Shown here: piece by piece, positions 45,865 to 56,222 of the stretch | Layout: each line of letters begins with the position of its first letter | Numbering within the stretch: position 1 is the first letter of the stretch | Origin: Candidatus Saccharimonadia bacterium | GTDB taxonomy: Bacteria; Patescibacteriota; Saccharimonadia; UBA4664 | Direction of reading: 5' to 3' | Assembly (NCBI GenBank): GCA_036488585.1 | Contig: DASXHH010000024.1 | Span: forward strand, 85 to 64,084 | DNA: 64,000 nucleotides | The notes under the pieces: model-generated | What the model saw: the letters and a program-made list of their open reading frames with translations, nothing else | What the model was told of the DNA's origin: nothing | The model's database searches: none | Made by a program: the position numbers and the translations under genes

Positions 45865-46125
45865 TTATCTGTGTCTGTAAGTGATACGGCCCTTGGTGAG
45901 GTCGTATGGGGTCATTTCCAAGGCTACACGGTCGCCGGGGATGATGCGGATGTAGTGCATGCGCATTTTACCCGAGATGTGAGCTAACACAACGTGCCCG
46001 TTCTCAAGCTCCACCTTAAACAATGCGTTTGGTAGAGTCTCGAGGACGGTGCCTTCGAGTTCAATTACTTCCTTTGTAGGCTTTTTGCCGGAAGTGCCCG
46101 ACTGATTGCGATTGCGTGCTGACAT
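45865..46125 (-). CDS. infA: Translation initiation factor IF-1
   Basis: '[13 protein letters not shown]...HISGKMR...[12 protein letters not shown]'. Confidence 0.97.
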   Translation of the reverse strand: MSARNRNQSGTSGKKPTKEVIELEGTVLETLPNALFKVELENGHVVLAHISGKMRMHYIRIIPGDRVALEMTPYDLTKGRITYRHR

Positions 46126-46296
46126 ATCAATGACTACAGTTGATGATTATAGGCAATTGTTTCGTGATTGTAAACCCCTTTCTATCTGTTTTTTGCACCG
46201 GAATGCGGGCTATGGACCGCAATTTATTATAGTAAACGATGTAAACAGCTAGTTTTGTGGCCAGTAGGCCGTTAGTATGTCTTGCTAGAGCAGAAA

Positions 46297-47610
46297 TCAG
46301 TACTGCTCGTAGCTAGTGGTGATGGCCTGGGCTTCGATCTGCTTGAGGGTCTCGATGGCCACTGAGACGACGATGAGGAGCCCAGTGCCGCCGAAGGTGA
46401 GCACCTGGCTCTTGGTGAAGCCCTGGGCGATGAACGGCAGAATGGCGATGATGCCGAGGCCGACGGCGCCGGCAAGTGTGATGCGGTTGATGACGCGCTT
46501 GAGGTAGCTGGCGGTCTGGCTGCCGGGCCGGATGCCGGGAATGAAGCCGCCCTGCTTCTGGAGGTTTTCGGCGATATCTTTGGGGTTGAAGACGACTGAG
46601 GTGTAGAAGTAGGTGAAGCCAACTACCAGAACGAAGTAGGCTACCGCGTAGAACCAGCCGTTGGGCGAGAACAGAGTGACGGTGTTTTTGGCGATACTGG
46701 CCACCCAGGGCGTCTTGGCATTGGACAGGACCTGGCCAAGCAAGCCCGGTACGCTCAGGAAGGCCAGCGCGAAGATGATCGGGATAACGCCGGCAGTAAT
46801 GACGCGTAGAGGCAAGTGGGTGTCGACGCCCGCGTATACGCGGTTGCCGCGGGTACGTTTGGCATATGACACCGGAATGTTGCGGGTGCCTTCGTTGAGC
46901 AAAACCACGAACCCGATGATGAGCAGGGTGGCCGCGAGAAACAAGATGAGAGTGATGATCTTGCCGGCGTCGCCTGAAGCCAGGGTCGCGAACTGGCCAG
47001 CCGAGGTGGGCAGTCGGCTTATGATGCCGCAGAAGATGATGAGCGAGATACCATTACCAATCCCCTTTTCGGTGATGATTTCACCCATCCACATCAGCAG
47101 CATGGTGCCAGCGGTAATGGTCATAACCATGAGTAGCCACTGGAACAGGTTAGGATGGCCGATAATATCGGTATTGTTGACGCGCAATGAGGTTTGCTGA
47201 ATGAGTAACACCATGCCGAACGATTGAATGAGCGCTAGCGGCAGGGTGAGCATGCGAGTGTATTGGTTGAGCTTGCGGCGGCCCATTTCACCCTCTTTGG
47301 AGAGCGATTCGAAGTGCGGAATAACCTGCTGGAGTAACTGAATAATAATTGAGGCGTTAATGTACGGCCCGACACCCATCATGATGATGGAGAAGTTGGC
47401 TAGTGCGCCGCCGGAAAAAACGTCAGCAAAGCCCAGTACCTTGTTGGACTCGAAGATGCTCTTGAGAAAGTTGGCGAGAGCAGCGTTATCTGGGACCGGT
47501 ACGGGGACGTGTGCAAGGAAGCGGAAAATAACCAGGAGCCCGAGTACAGTGAGTACGCGACGCCGCAGATCAGGAGAACGATAGATCTGCTTGAGGCTCG
47601 TTAGGTTCAT
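46297..47610 (-). CDS. secY: Preprotein translocase subunit SecY
   Basis: 'PYINASIIIQLL', 'GIGNGISLIIF', 'GFIPGIRPG'. Confidence 0.98.
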   Translation of the reverse strand: MNLTSLKQIYRSPDLRRRVLTVLGLLVIFRFLAHVPVPVPDNAALANFLKSIFESNKVLGFADVFSGGALANFSIIMMGVGPYINASIIIQLLQQVIPHFESLSKEGEMGRRKLNQYTRMLTLPLALIQSFGMVLLIQQTSLRVNNTDIIGHPNLFQWLLMVMTITAGTMLLMWMGEIITEKGIGNGISLIIFCGIISRLPTSAGQFATLASGDAGKIITLILFLAATLLIIGFVVLLNEGTRNIPVSYAKRTRGNRVYAGVDTHLPLRVITAGVIPIIFALAFLSVPGLLGQVLSNAKTPWVASIAKNTVTLFSPNGWFYAVAYFVLVVGFTYFYTSVVFNPKDIAENLQKQGGFIPGIRPGSQTASYLKRVINRITLAGAVGLGIIAILPFIAQGFTKSQVLTFGGTGLLIVVSVAIETLKQIEAQAITTSYEQY

Positions 47611-48113
47611 TAGCTAGCCGCCTGCTCCGAAGTCTTCTCGGGGCGGGTGGCTTTCTTGGCAGGGGTCTTCGGGGCTTCCACCAGCTCCAGAGTGCCGCCA
47701 GCTTTTTCGACCGCCGCTTTGGCGGCTGCGCTAGCAGCGTGAACCTTCACAGTTAACTTCTTGCTGAGTTCACCGCGGGCCAGCAGCTTTACGCGCCGAT
47801 CGGCGTGTTTGATGAGGCCGGCACCGGCGAGCACGGAGACGTCAACGGCGGCTCCATCGTTGAGGCGGTCGAGCTCGCCCAGGTTTACTACCTGGTACTC
47901 AACGCGCGACAGGGGCGCGAAACCGCGCTTCTTCGGCAGACGCTTGGCAAGCGGGTTCTGGCCGCCCTCGAAGCCGGGACGGACACCGCCGCCAGTGCGA
48001 GCGTTCTGGCCCTTGGTACCGCGGCCGGCGGTCTTGCCGTAGCCGGATCCGATACCACGGCCGACCCGCTTGCGGTCTGGGGTAGATGAAATGTTTAGTT
48101 CGTGAATCTTCAT
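47610..48113 (-). CDS. rplO: 50S ribosomal protein uL15
   Basis: 'RVGRGIGSG', 'GFEGGQ'. Confidence 0.98.
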   Translation of the reverse strand: MKIHELNISSTPDRKRVGRGIGSGYGKTAGRGTKGQNARTGGGVRPGFEGGQNPLAKRLPKKRGFAPLSRVEYQVVNLGELDRLNDGAAVDVSVLAGAGLIKHADRRVKLLARGELSKKLTVKVHAASAAAKAAVEKAGGTLELVEAPKTPAKKATRPEKTSEQAAS

Positions 48114-48122
48114 GATTAATTC

Positions 48123-48626
48123 CTAGGCAGCCACTTTAGCGGTTTTCTCTACCTTATCCTTCTTTTGCTTAACGGGACTGGATTTGAGCTGGGACAGCGC
48201 CATGGCCGTGGCGTAGGCGTTGTTAACCTTGTTGCTAGAACCCATGGACTTTGTAAGGACGTCGTGAATACCGGCGACCTCTACGACGTTGCGGACCGCA
48301 CCGCCGGCGATCACACCGGTACCAGCCGAAGCGGGCTTGAGTAGCACCTGAGCGCCGGCAAAGCGCACCTGGACCTCGTGCGGGATAGTGCGACCGTCTT
48401 TGAGCGGCACGGTGATCATTTGGCTCTTGGCGCGGGAAACGGCCTTGGCGATGGAGGTCATAACCTCGCCACCCTTGCCGACGCCGACACCAACGCGGCC
48501 TTTGCCATCACCAACTACTACTGTAGCGCGGAAGCGGAAGCGGCGTCCACCCTTAACCACGCGAGCCACACGGTCGATGGCGATCACTTTTTCTTCGAAT
48601 TCTTTGGGTTGCTGTTCGATTGCCAT
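48123..48626 (-). CDS. rpsE: 30S ribosomal protein uS5
   Basis: 'VVKGGRRFRF', 'GTGVIAGG'. Confidence 0.98.
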   Translation of the reverse strand: MAIEQQPKEFEEKVIAIDRVARVVKGGRRFRFRATVVVGDGKGRVGVGVGKGGEVMTSIAKAVSRAKSQMITVPLKDGRTIPHEVQVRFAGAQVLLKPASAGTGVIAGGAVRNVVEVAGIHDVLTKSMGSSNKVNNAYATAMALSQLKSSPVKQKKDKVEKTAKVAA

Positions 48627-48627
48627 G

Positions 48628-48978
48628 CTAAAACTCCAATCCTGCTTGGCGGGCGGCCTCGGCTAGGGCGTGCAGACGGCCGTGGTAGATGCGACCGTTG
48701 CGGTCGAATACTACTTTGCTGATCTTCTTGGCCTTGGCAGCGGTGGCGATGTGCTCACCTGCCCAAGCGGCCTTGTCGGTGAGACTGCCCTTGGCGTCCT
48801 TGTGGCCAACCGTTGAGATATAAGCTAGCGTGGTGCCCTTGGTGTCATCAATGACTTGGGCGATGATGTGCACGTTAGAGACCTTCACCGACAAGCGCGG
48901 ACGTTCGGTGGTACCGGTAACGGTGGCACGCACGCGGGCGCGGCGGCGATTTAACTTGTTGAGTGTTGCGTTTGCCAT
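48628..48978 (-). CDS. rplR: 50S ribosomal protein uL18
   Basis: 'RPRLSV', 'VFDRNG..YHGR'. Confidence 0.98.
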   Translation of the reverse strand: MANATLNKLNRRRARVRATVTGTTERPRLSVKVSNVHIIAQVIDDTKGTTLAYISTVGHKDAKGSLTDKAAWAGEHIATAAKAKKISKVVFDRNGRIYHGRLHALAEAARQAGLEF

Positions 48979-48982
48979 AATT

Positions 48983-49522
48983 TTAACCCTTTGTAGCGGT
49001 CTTACCGGCCTTGCGGCGGATCCGCTCCTCTACATACTTGATACCCTTGCCCTTGTACGGCTCCGGCTTCTTGAGCGCCCGAAGGTTGGCGGCAGTCTGG
49101 CCGACCACCTGCTTGTCGTAGCCACTGAGGGTGATAACGTTCTTTTCAACCTTAGCTTCGACGCCTTGCGGCAGCTGGAATACCACTGGGTGCGAGAAGC
49201 CGAGCGACAGGTTGATGGTCTGGCCCTGCACCGCGGCACGGAAGCCGACCCCATTAATCTCGAGCGCGCGGGTGTAGCCCTGGCTCACACCTACCACCAT
49301 GTTGTTGATGAGGGTGCGCATAAGACCATAGGAGGCCTGAGTGTCGGCGTTCTCAACTTCTTTGGAAAGGCTGAGACTACCTCCATCCTGCTCGAGCTTG
49401 AGACCTGGCAGAAGATCTAGCTCCAAGGTGCCTTTGGCGCCCTTGACCGTCACGTGACGGTCATCGAGCTCAACGGTGACGCCGGCGGGTACTGTAATTG
49501 GTTTGCGTCCAATTCGACTCAT
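48983..49522 (-). CDS. rplF: 50S ribosomal protein uL6
   Basis: 'MSRIGRKPI', 'PEPYKGKGIKY'. Confidence 0.98.
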   Translation of the reverse strand: MSRIGRKPITVPAGVTVELDDRHVTVKGAKGTLELDLLPGLKLEQDGGSLSLSKEVENADTQASYGLMRTLINNMVVGVSQGYTRALEINGVGFRAAVQGQTINLSLGFSHPVVFQLPQGVEAKVEKNVITLSGYDKQVVGQTAANLRALKKPEPYKGKGIKYVEERIRRKAGKTATKG

Positions 49523-49523
49523 C

Positions 49524-49910
49524 TTACCATACCTTGCACATTAATTCGCCGCCCAAGCCCTTTTGACGAGCTTCCCGACCGGTCATAACGCCACCGGAGG
49601 TGGAGAGTATAACCAGACCGCGGCCACCCAGCACCAGCGGGATGTCCTTGGCTGAGGTATAAACGCGGCGGCCGGGCTTGCTCACACGGACCAATGAGGT
49701 AATGGCCTCGGGGTCGGAACTGAGCTCGATCTCTAGTGTCTTAAAGCCGCCGGCGGCGGCAACCTTGACGTCCTGCACGAAGCCACTGTCTTTGAGAATG
49801 CCAGCCACCTGCTCCTTGAGCTTGGAGTACGGCATCACGACGGACTGCTTGCGGGCCGTGGAGGCGTTCCGGATACGGGTCAACAGGTCTGCGATAGAAT
49901 CGTTAAACAT
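49524..49910 (-). CDS. rpsH: 30S ribosomal protein uS8
   Basis: 'DSIADLLTRIRNA', 'SKPGRRVY'. Confidence 0.98.
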   Translation of the reverse strand: MFNDSIADLLTRIRNASTARKQSVVMPYSKLKEQVAGILKDSGFVQDVKVAAAGGFKTLEIELSSDPEAITSLVRVSKPGRRVYTSAKDIPLVLGGRGLVILSTSGGVMTGREARQKGLGGELMCKVW

Positions 49911-49924
49911 ATTCGTCCTCCTCC

Positions 49925-50110
49925 TTACCAACTGGCCTTAGTTACGCCCGGGATCTGCCCCTTGGAGGCAAACTCACGGAAGCAAACGCGGCAAAGACCG
50001 AATTTACGAATATAACCGCGCGGACGACCACAAACCTGGCACCGACGCACAATGCGCGTCGAGAACTTCGGTTTCCGCTTGGCTTTTACTACTAATGCAA
50101 CACGTGCCAT
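49925..50110 (-). CDS. rpsN: 30S ribosomal protein uS14 (Zn-binding type Z)
   Basis: '[10 protein letters not shown]...LCRVCFRE'. Confidence 0.97.
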   Translation of the reverse strand: MARVALVVKAKRKPKFSTRIVRRCQVCGRPRGYIRKFGLCRVCFREFASKGQIPGVTKASW

Positions 50111-50658
50111 TACACGTTCCTCCTAAAGGGAAAGCCCATTAACTCTAGTAACCGCTTGCCCTCGGCAGCAGATTTGGCGGTGGTAACAATATTGACCTGT
50201 AAGCCGTGGGTGGCACCAACCTCCTCGAACGGAATTTGCGGAAAGATGGATTGATCGGTGAGACCCAGGCTGTAATTGCCAAAGGGATCGAAGGCGGTGC
50301 CAGAGATGCCCCGGAAGTCCCGGATGCGAGGTAATACCACGCTCACGAGCAGATCCAGGAACTCATCGGCGCGAGTCCCGCGCAGGGTGACTGTGGTGCC
50401 GACCTTGTTACCTTCGCGCAGTTTGAAGCTGGCGATGGACTTGCGGGCCACCGTGGTAACAGGATGCTGGCCAGTGACACGAGTGATGGTGTCGGCGGCG
50501 GCCTCGAGGTGCTTGGCATCCTGGACGGCGCGACCAACACCGGCGCTTACCACCACCTTCACGATGCTAGGCACCTGGTGTGGGTTGGTGTAGCCGAACT
50601 CTTTGGTGAGCACGGGCACGGCATCCTTAATGTATTTTTCCTTAAACCTGTTCATCAC
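50110..50658 (-). CDS. rplE: 50S ribosomal protein uL5
   Basis: '[11 protein letters not shown]', 'LPRIRDFRG'. Confidence 0.98.
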   Translation of the reverse strand: MMNRFKEKYIKDAVPVLTKEFGYTNPHQVPSIVKVVVSAGVGRAVQDAKHLEAAADTITRVTGQHPVTTVARKSIASFKLREGNKVGTTVTLRGTRADEFLDLLVSVVLPRIRDFRGISGTAFDPFGNYSLGLTDQSIFPQIPFEEVGATHGLQVNIVTTAKSAAEGKRLLELMGFPFRRNV

Positions 50659-51056
50659 TTCTTCTCCGCCTTCTTGTCCGTGGCTTTCGCGGCGGGTTTT
50701 TTAGCTTGTTTATCGGTCTTTTTATCAGCCTTGGGGGCCTTCTCGGCCTTGTCGTGGTTGGCGCTAACCTTGAATACACGCTCCTTGGAGCCGTCGGGCT
50801 TGATCTCGTAGCCAACCCGGGCCGGCTTGCCAGAATGCGGGTCGAGCACCATCACTTTGGAGATGTCGATTGGCTTGGTGATCTCCAGAATGCCGCCACG
50901 GGGCTGCTTCTGGGAAGGCTTGGTGTGACGTTTGACCACGTTAATGTTTTCAACTACAACCTTGTTTTCCTGCGGTAGGACGGCCAGGATGGTGCCGGTT
51001 TTACCTTTGTCGCGGCCGGTAATTACGACCACTTTGTCATCACGCCGGAGTTTCAT
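50655..51056 (-). CDS. rplX: 50S ribosomal protein uL24 with Lys-rich tail
   Basis: KOW 'DKVVVITGRDKGKTG'. Confidence 0.98.
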   Translation of the reverse strand: MKLRRDDKVVVITGRDKGKTGTILAVLPQENKVVVENINVVKRHTKPSQKQPRGGILEITKPIDISKVMVLDPHSGKPARVGYEIKPDGSKERVFKVSANHDKAEKAPKADKKTDKQAKKPAAKATDKKAEKK

Positions 51057-51424
51057 TACAGCACCTCCGGAGCGAGCGAAATAATCTTCATGTAGCCGCC
51101 GTCGCGCAGCTCGCGCGCAATGGGACCAAAGATGCGGGTGCCGCGAGGCTGACCGTCTTTGCTGATCAGTACAGCCGCGTTCTCGTCGAAGCGGATAGAA
51201 CTACCGTCAGCACGCTTGGTGGGCTGGGTGGTACGGACGACCACGCAGCGAACCACGTCCTTTTTCTTGACGCCAGCGCCGGGCAGGGCGGACTTGACGC
51301 TGCAGGTGATGATGTCACCCACGCGAGCATACCGTCGGCGCGAACCACCGAGCACCTTGATGCACAGCAGGTCCTTGGCGCCGGAGTTGTCGGCGACTCT
51401 GAGTCGGGTTTCAGCCTGAATCAT
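51056..51424 (-). CDS. rplN: 50S ribosomal protein uL14
   Basis: 'VADNSGAK', 'GTRIFGP', 'SLAPEVL'. Confidence 0.98.
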   Translation of the reverse strand: MIQAETRLRVADNSGAKDLLCIKVLGGSRRRYARVGDIITCSVKSALPGAGVKKKDVVRCVVVRTTQPTKRADGSSIRFDENAAVLISKDGQPRGTRIFGPIARELRDGGYMKIISLAPEVL

Positions 51425-51425
51425 G

Positions 51426-51677
51426 TTATGCCTCCAGCTCCTTAGCGGTTACTTTGCGGGCCACCTGCCAGCGCTTGTCGCGACTGAGCGGGCGGGTCTC
51501 GGTGATCTCCACCAAATCGCCGACATGGCAGGTGTTCTCGGCGTCGTGAGCCTTGAACTTGGTGGTCACCTTGTACTTCTTGCGGTAAATCGGGTGCTCC
51601 TTGAGGGCGTTAACCGCGACCACCACGGTCTTGTCCATCTTGTCGGAGACGACGGTCCCTCGTAGTGTGCGGATCAT
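51426..51677 (-). CDS. rpsQ: 30S ribosomal protein uS17
   Basis: 'VVSDKMDKT', 'ETRPLS'. Confidence 0.98.
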   Translation of the reverse strand: MIRTLRGTVVSDKMDKTVVVAVNALKEHPIYRKKYKVTTKFKAHDAENTCHVGDLVEITETRPLSRDKRWQVARKVTAKELEA

Positions 51678-51907
51678 TCTGCGGCCTCCTTAGCGGCTGA
51701 CACGGCAGCCTCAACTTTTGCAATTTCGCGCTCGCGGGTAACAGTGAGAGCGCGGGCGATCGCCTTCTTGTGCGCGGTCAGGATCTTCACGTTCTTCACC
51801 TCTTTGGTGCGGCTGTCGATGACGGCTTGCTCCAGAGCTTTGCGCTCAGTGGCGATGAACTCAGTGAGTTCCTGGTCGGTTTTTTTAGTAATATCTTGCA
51901 GTTTCAT
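51674..51907 (-). CDS. rpmC: 50S ribosomal protein uL29
   Basis: Position between rplP and rpsQ; 'KKAIARALT'. Confidence 0.92.
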   Translation of the reverse strand: MKLQDITKKTDQELTEFIATERKALEQAVIDSRTKEVKNVKILTAHKKAIARALTVTREREIAKVEAAVSAAKEAAE

Positions 51908-52332
51908 TATTCAACCTCTCCCGGCACTTCGCGGATGATAAAGCGGGTGCGAACCGGCAGTTTGTGGGCGGCCAAGCGCATGGCCTCCTTGGCGATATCT
52001 TCGGCCACGCCGTCCATCTCGAACATAACCCTGCCCGGCTGGACTTTGGCGGCGTAGTGATCAACGGAACCTTTGCCCGAACCCATGCGGACTTCCGCCG
52101 GCTTCTTGGTAATGGGCGTATCAGGAAAAATGCGGATCCAGATTTTGCCACCACGCTTGACGTAGCGCGTCATGGCGCGACGGGCAGCCTCGATTTGGCG
52201 GCTCGTGATGCGCTCGGCGGTCTCAGCCTTGAGGCCGTACTGGCCGAAGGCGATCTCGGTGCCGCGGCTGGCGTTGCCATTGTTGCGGCCCTTCATTTGT
52301 TTGCGGTATTTGGTCTTCTTAGGCAGCAGCAT
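51907..52332 (-). CDS. rplP: 50S ribosomal protein uL16
   Basis: '[10 protein letters not shown]', 'RMGSGKG'. Confidence 0.98.
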   Translation of the reverse strand: MLLPKKTKYRKQMKGRNNGNASRGTEIAFGQYGLKAETAERITSRQIEAARRAMTRYVKRGGKIWIRIFPDTPITKKPAEVRMGSGKGSVDHYAAKVQPGRVMFEMDGVAEDIAKEAMRLAAHKLPVRTRFIIREVPGEVE

Positions 52333-52970
52333 TACTTCTTCTCCTCGAACTTGGTGCCTTTGTAGACCCAGACCTTCACGCCGATCACACCGTAGGTGGT
52401 GCGGGCGAGCGCATGGGCAAAGTCGATGTCGGCGCGGAGGGTGTGTAGGGGGATGCTGCCCTGGGAGACCGACTCGCGACGGGCCATTTCAGCGCCATTG
52501 AGGCGACCAGCGATGGCCACCTTGGCACCTTGGGCGCCGTTCTTCATGGCGTTCTCCACGCTCATTTTCATGGCGCGGCGGAAGCTGATGCGGCGCTCGA
52601 GCTGACCAGCGACGTTCTCGGCGACCAGGGTAGCATTGGTTTCGGGCTTCTTTACCTCTTCGATCGAGACCTTGATGGGGCCGCCGGTAATCTTGGAAAG
52701 CATGCTCTTGAGCTCTTCGGCGCCAGAACCACCGCGGCCGATCACTACACCGGGCTTGGAAGTGTGGATGGTGACCACTACTTGGCCGGGCGAGCGCTCG
52801 ATATCCACCCGGGCCACACCGGCGCGCTTCGAGAGTTTGCCGGCAATAGCCTTGCGGATGCTGAGGTCTTGGATTAATTGCGTTGCGTAATCACGGTCGG
52901 CGTACCAGCGAGATTGCCAGTCGTGATCGACCTGGAGGCGCATGCTGCGGGGATTAACTTTCTGACCCAT
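52332..52970 (-). CDS. rpsC: 30S ribosomal protein uS3
   Basis: 'MGQKVNP', '[10 protein letters not shown]', '[10 protein letters not shown]'. Confidence 0.98.
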   Translation of the reverse strand: MGQKVNPRSMRLQVDHDWQSRWYADRDYATQLIQDLSIRKAIAGKLSKRAGVARVDIERSPGQVVVTIHTSKPGVVIGRGGSGAEELKSMLSKITGGPIKVSIEEVKKPETNATLVAENVAGQLERRISFRRAMKMSVENAMKNGAQGAKVAIAGRLNGAEMARRESVSQGSIPLHTLRADIDFAHALARTTYGVIGVKVWVYKGTKFEEKK

Positions 52971-53389
52971 TACTTGGCCTCCTCCTTCTTAGTATCTTTG
53001 GCTTCAGTGGTTTTAGGCTTAGTTGCAGGCTTAGAGCTCACCAACTTGGCTGCGGCCTTGCCATCGTTAACGATTACAGTAATGTGGCTGGAGCGCTTGC
53101 GGATAGCACTCGCCGAGCCCTTAGCGCGCGGCATTGAGCGTTTGAGCGTAGGGCCGGGGCCGATCAATACAGATTCCACCACCAGGTCGGCGAGCTTGGC
53201 GCCGTGGTTGTTCTCGGCGTTGGCCACGGCCGAAGCCAGGACCTTGCCGACTGGGCCGGTTGCACGTTTGTTGGCGTTCGCGAGAATGTGCTGGGCCTCA
53301 ATGGCGCGGCGGCCGCGGATGAGCTGCGCTACCAGGCCCGTCTTGCGAGCCGAGGTGCCGACAAATTTTGCGGTTGCTTGTGTTCTCAT
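52970..53389 (-). CDS. rplV: 50S ribosomal protein uL22
   Basis: 'SAVANAENN', 'PRAKGSA...KRSSHIT'. Confidence 0.98.
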   Translation of the reverse strand: MRTQATAKFVGTSARKTGLVAQLIRGRRAIEAQHILANANKRATGPVGKVLASAVANAENNHGAKLADLVVESVLIGPGPTLKRSMPRAKGSASAIRKRSSHITVIVNDGKAAAKLVSSKPATKPKTTEAKDTKKEEAK

Positions 53390-53661
53390 TACTTACCCTT
53401 CGCCAATTTACCGCCGTGGCTGCGGAACTTGCGCGTTGGCGAGAATTCACCGAGCTTGTGGCCCACCATGTTCTCCGAAACAAATACCGGCACGTGCATG
53501 CGTCCGTTGTGTACCGCAATGGTGTGACCGACCATCTCGGGAGAAATGGTTGAGCTACGAGCCCAGGTCTTTAATACAGACTTGTCACCCGCGGGCAGCG
53601 CCACAATGCGCTTCAGCAGGCGCTCGTCAACGTATGGTCCTTTTTTGAGTGAGCGACTCAT
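53389..53661 (-). CDS. rpsS: 30S ribosomal protein uS19
   Basis: 'RSLKKGP', '[13 protein letters not shown]'. Confidence 0.98.
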   Translation of the reverse strand: MSRSLKKGPYVDERLLKRIVALPAGDKSVLKTWARSSTISPEMVGHTIAVHNGRMHVPVFVSENMVGHKLGEFSPTRKFRSHGGKLAKGK

Positions 53662-54513
53662 CTAGCGTCTCCTACCTTTACCACGGCCGCGGATGATCAT
53701 AGCGTTGGTGGCCTTGCGGCGGCGGGTCTTGAGACCCAGCGCCGGCTTACCCCAAGGCGTCTTCTGGCCGTATTTATAAATAGCTGTGGGCTGTTGGCCC
53801 TCACCACCACCGTGCGGGTGGTCCACTGGGTTCATGGCTTTACCACGAACCTGCGGACGCCAACCGAGGTGACGGCGGCGGCCGGCCGAGCCATACTTGA
53901 TGTTTTGGTGCTGCTCGTTGCCGACGGTGCCAATGGTGGCCTGGCATTTCTCGTTAACGAGGCGTACCTCGCCAGAGGGCAGGCGCACCTGCACGAAGCC
54001 GGCCTTGGGCGACTCCTTAGACACCAGGCTGGCCTTGGCGCCAGCGGAGCGAGCGATTTGACCGCCCTTGCCAAGCACCAGCTCAATATTGTAGATCTGG
54101 GTGCCGGCCGGGATGTCCTTGAGGGCCAAGCGGTGACCGGCGCGGATGGCGGCGTCGGCACCAGAGGCGAGCTGATCGCCAACCTTCATGCCGGAGCCAG
54201 CCAGTACGTAGGCCGGCTTGCCTCCATCCAGGCGGACGAGAGCGATGTGAGCGGTGCGGTTGGGGTCGTACTCGATAGCTTCAACCACGGCGGATTTCAC
54301 ACCGGCGAAATCAAAATCAACCAGGCGGTAGAAGCGCTTCACGCCGCCGCCGCGGTGGCGAATGGTGATCTTGCCCTGGTTGTTGCGGCCAGAGCCGGTC
54401 TTCTTGGCTACGACCAGCGAGCGGGTTGGCTTTTTCTTGGTTATGACTTCGGTGTCAGCGGTGGTCATACCGCGGCGGCCGTTGGTCGTGGGCTTGTAGA
54501 GCTTGATAGCCAT
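53662..54513 (-). CDS. rplB: 50S ribosomal protein uL2
   Basis: 'EYDPNRTA', 'MNPVDHPHGGGEG'. Confidence 0.98.
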   Translation of the reverse strand: MAIKLYKPTTNGRRGMTTADTEVITKKKPTRSLVVAKKTGSGRNNQGKITIRHRGGGVKRFYRLVDFDFAGVKSAVVEAIEYDPNRTAHIALVRLDGGKPAYVLAGSGMKVGDQLASGADAAIRAGHRLALKDIPAGTQIYNIELVLGKGGQIARSAGAKASLVSKESPKAGFVQVRLPSGEVRLVNEKCQATIGTVGNEQHQNIKYGSAGRRRHLGWRPQVRGKAMNPVDHPHGGGEGQQPTAIYKYGQKTPWGKPALGLKTRRRKATNAMIIRGRGKGRRR

Positions 54514-54794
54514 TATTTTGCTCCCTCAAACAGCGCGATCGACTGACCGGCCTTTAGTTTAACCATAGCTTTCTTGGTGTCTTTCTGGCGACCCAGGACC
54601 TGGCGGAAACGCTTGAGTTTGCCCTTGTGGACGATCATATTCACGTCCACAACGTTGACCTTGAAAGTGGCCTCGATGGCCTTGGCGACCTCGATCTTGT
54701 TGGCGCTGGTGGGTACCTCAAAAACGTAGATGCCACGCTCGGCCAGGTAGATGGCCTTCTCGGAAATTTTCGGGGTAAGCAGTAACTGGCTCAT
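54513..54794 (-). CDS. rplW: 50S ribosomal protein uL23
   Basis: 'PKISEKA', 'ANKIEV', 'KKAMVKL'. Confidence 0.97.
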   Translation of the reverse strand: MSQLLLTPKISEKAIYLAERGIYVFEVPTSANKIEVAKAIEATFKVNVVDVNMIVHKGKLKRFRQVLGRQKDTKKAMVKLKAGQSIALFEGAK

Positions 54795-55429
54795 TATTTC
54801 TCTCCCAACCAACTCTTAACTTGCTCCAACGCGTCGGCGGTGAAGATGATATGGTCGGCATTCATTACGGTGTAGACGTTCAGGTACTTGGCGCTCACGA
54901 GTTCCAGGCTCTCAACGTTACGGGTGGCACGCTCCAGCAGGTCGGACTTTTCGGTAACTACCAGCATGACGTTGCCCTCGAGGCGCATTTTGCCAAGCAG
55001 CTCGAGGGTGGGCTTAACCTTGCCGTCGGTAGAGGCAAAGGCCTCAATAATGGCAATATGGCCGGTGGCCGCCTGTAGGCTGAGCGCGTGACGGATAGCC
55101 AGACGCTTCATGCGCATAGGGAGGGTGAGGGTGTGGTTCTCTGACCCGGTGGGGCCAAATACCACGCCGCCGCCTTTCCATTGCGGGACGCGAATGGAGC
55201 CCACACGGGCACGGCCGGTGCCTTTTTGGCGCCACGGCTTCTTGCCGCCGCCTCTGACCTCGCCGCGCTTGAGCGTCTTGGCGCTGGACAAGCGACCGTT
55301 AGCGAGGTAGGTACGATAGGCTTGGCCAACCAGCCCGTGGTTGGCCTCGAGGCCAAAGATTTGTTGGTCGAGCTTAACGTCGGCTTCGCGCTTAGCGCCG
55401 GTCTTGGAATATGAAACCGCATTTGCCAT
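54794..55429 (-). CDS. rplD: 50S ribosomal protein uL4
   Basis: 'GGGKKPWRQKGTGRAR'. Confidence 0.98.
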   Translation of the reverse strand: MANAVSYSKTGAKREADVKLDQQIFGLEANHGLVGQAYRTYLANGRLSSAKTLKRGEVRGGGKKPWRQKGTGRARVGSIRVPQWKGGGVVFGPTGSENHTLTLPMRMKRLAIRHALSLQAATGHIAIIEAFASTDGKVKPTLELLGKMRLEGNVMLVVTEKSDLLERATRNVESLELVSAKYLNVYTVMNADHIIFTADALEQVKSWLGEK

Positions 55430-56046
55430 TATTTGGCTCCTTCCGTTGCCTTAACCATCACCAGACCGCGCTTGGGGCCGGGAACGGCGCCCGAAATGGC
55501 CAGCACGCCGAGCTTCTCGTCGACGGCAACAACCTTGAGGCCCTTCACTGTGACCTGGTCGTGGCCCATGTGGCCAGCCATGCGCATGCCTTTAAACACG
55601 TGCTCAGGGTAGCCGGAACCGATAGAACCGGGGGCGCGGTAGTTGTGCGAACCGTGAGTTTTCGGACCGCGGGAAAAGTTGTGGCGCTTAATGGTACCAG
55701 CAAAGCCCTTACCCTTAGAGGTGCCTGTTACCTGCACCTTATCGCCGGCCTCGAACTCAGTGAGCTCGAGCTTCGCGCCAACCTGCAGCTCCGGAAGGGC
55801 TTCAACGCGAACCTCCCGCATGGTGCGGGAGTTGGCGCCAGAGGCCTTGAGGTGGCCGGTTTGCGGCTTGAGTGGGTGCTTGGCCTCGCCAAAGCCAAGT
55901 TGGACGGCGTTGTAGCCGTCTTTTTCGGTCGTCTTTAGCTGTGTAACCACGCACGGCCCCGCCTGGATCAGCGTGACGCGTGCCACGTTGCCATCAGCGT
56001 CGAAGAGCTGTGTCATTCCGAGTTTTGTGCCGAGAAGCGCCTTCAT
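55429..56046 (-). CDS. rplC: 50S ribosomal protein uL3
   Basis: 'LGTKLGMTQ', 'SKGKGFAG', 'GAVPG'. Confidence 0.98.
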   Translation of the reverse strand: MKALLGTKLGMTQLFDADGNVARVTLIQAGPCVVTQLKTTEKDGYNAVQLGFGEAKHPLKPQTGHLKASGANSRTMREVRVEALPELQVGAKLELTEFEAGDKVQVTGTSKGKGFAGTIKRHNFSRGPKTHGSHNYRAPGSIGSGYPEHVFKGMRMAGHMGHDQVTVKGLKVVAVDEKLGVLAISGAVPGPKRGLVMVKATEGAK

Positions 56047-56222
56047 GATGGTCTAACCTTACGTTTACATAAATAATCGCCAGGCCGTGGTGGTATCTCT
56101 ATATCTGGAGACCTACACACTTCCTAGTCATTGAACCGCTGCCTGAGGCCGGGCGGCAAAATACTATGTGACTATAGCCTATCTGGGGCCCTGATGTCAA
56201 CAGCTGGCGCTTGAAACTACTT

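Noticed and set aside
42009-56046. Many long plus-strand ORFs opposite ribosomal genes (e.g. 52878-53648, 53794-54546)
   Set aside because: Antisense shadows caused by GC-rich codon bias; no motifs or start signals.
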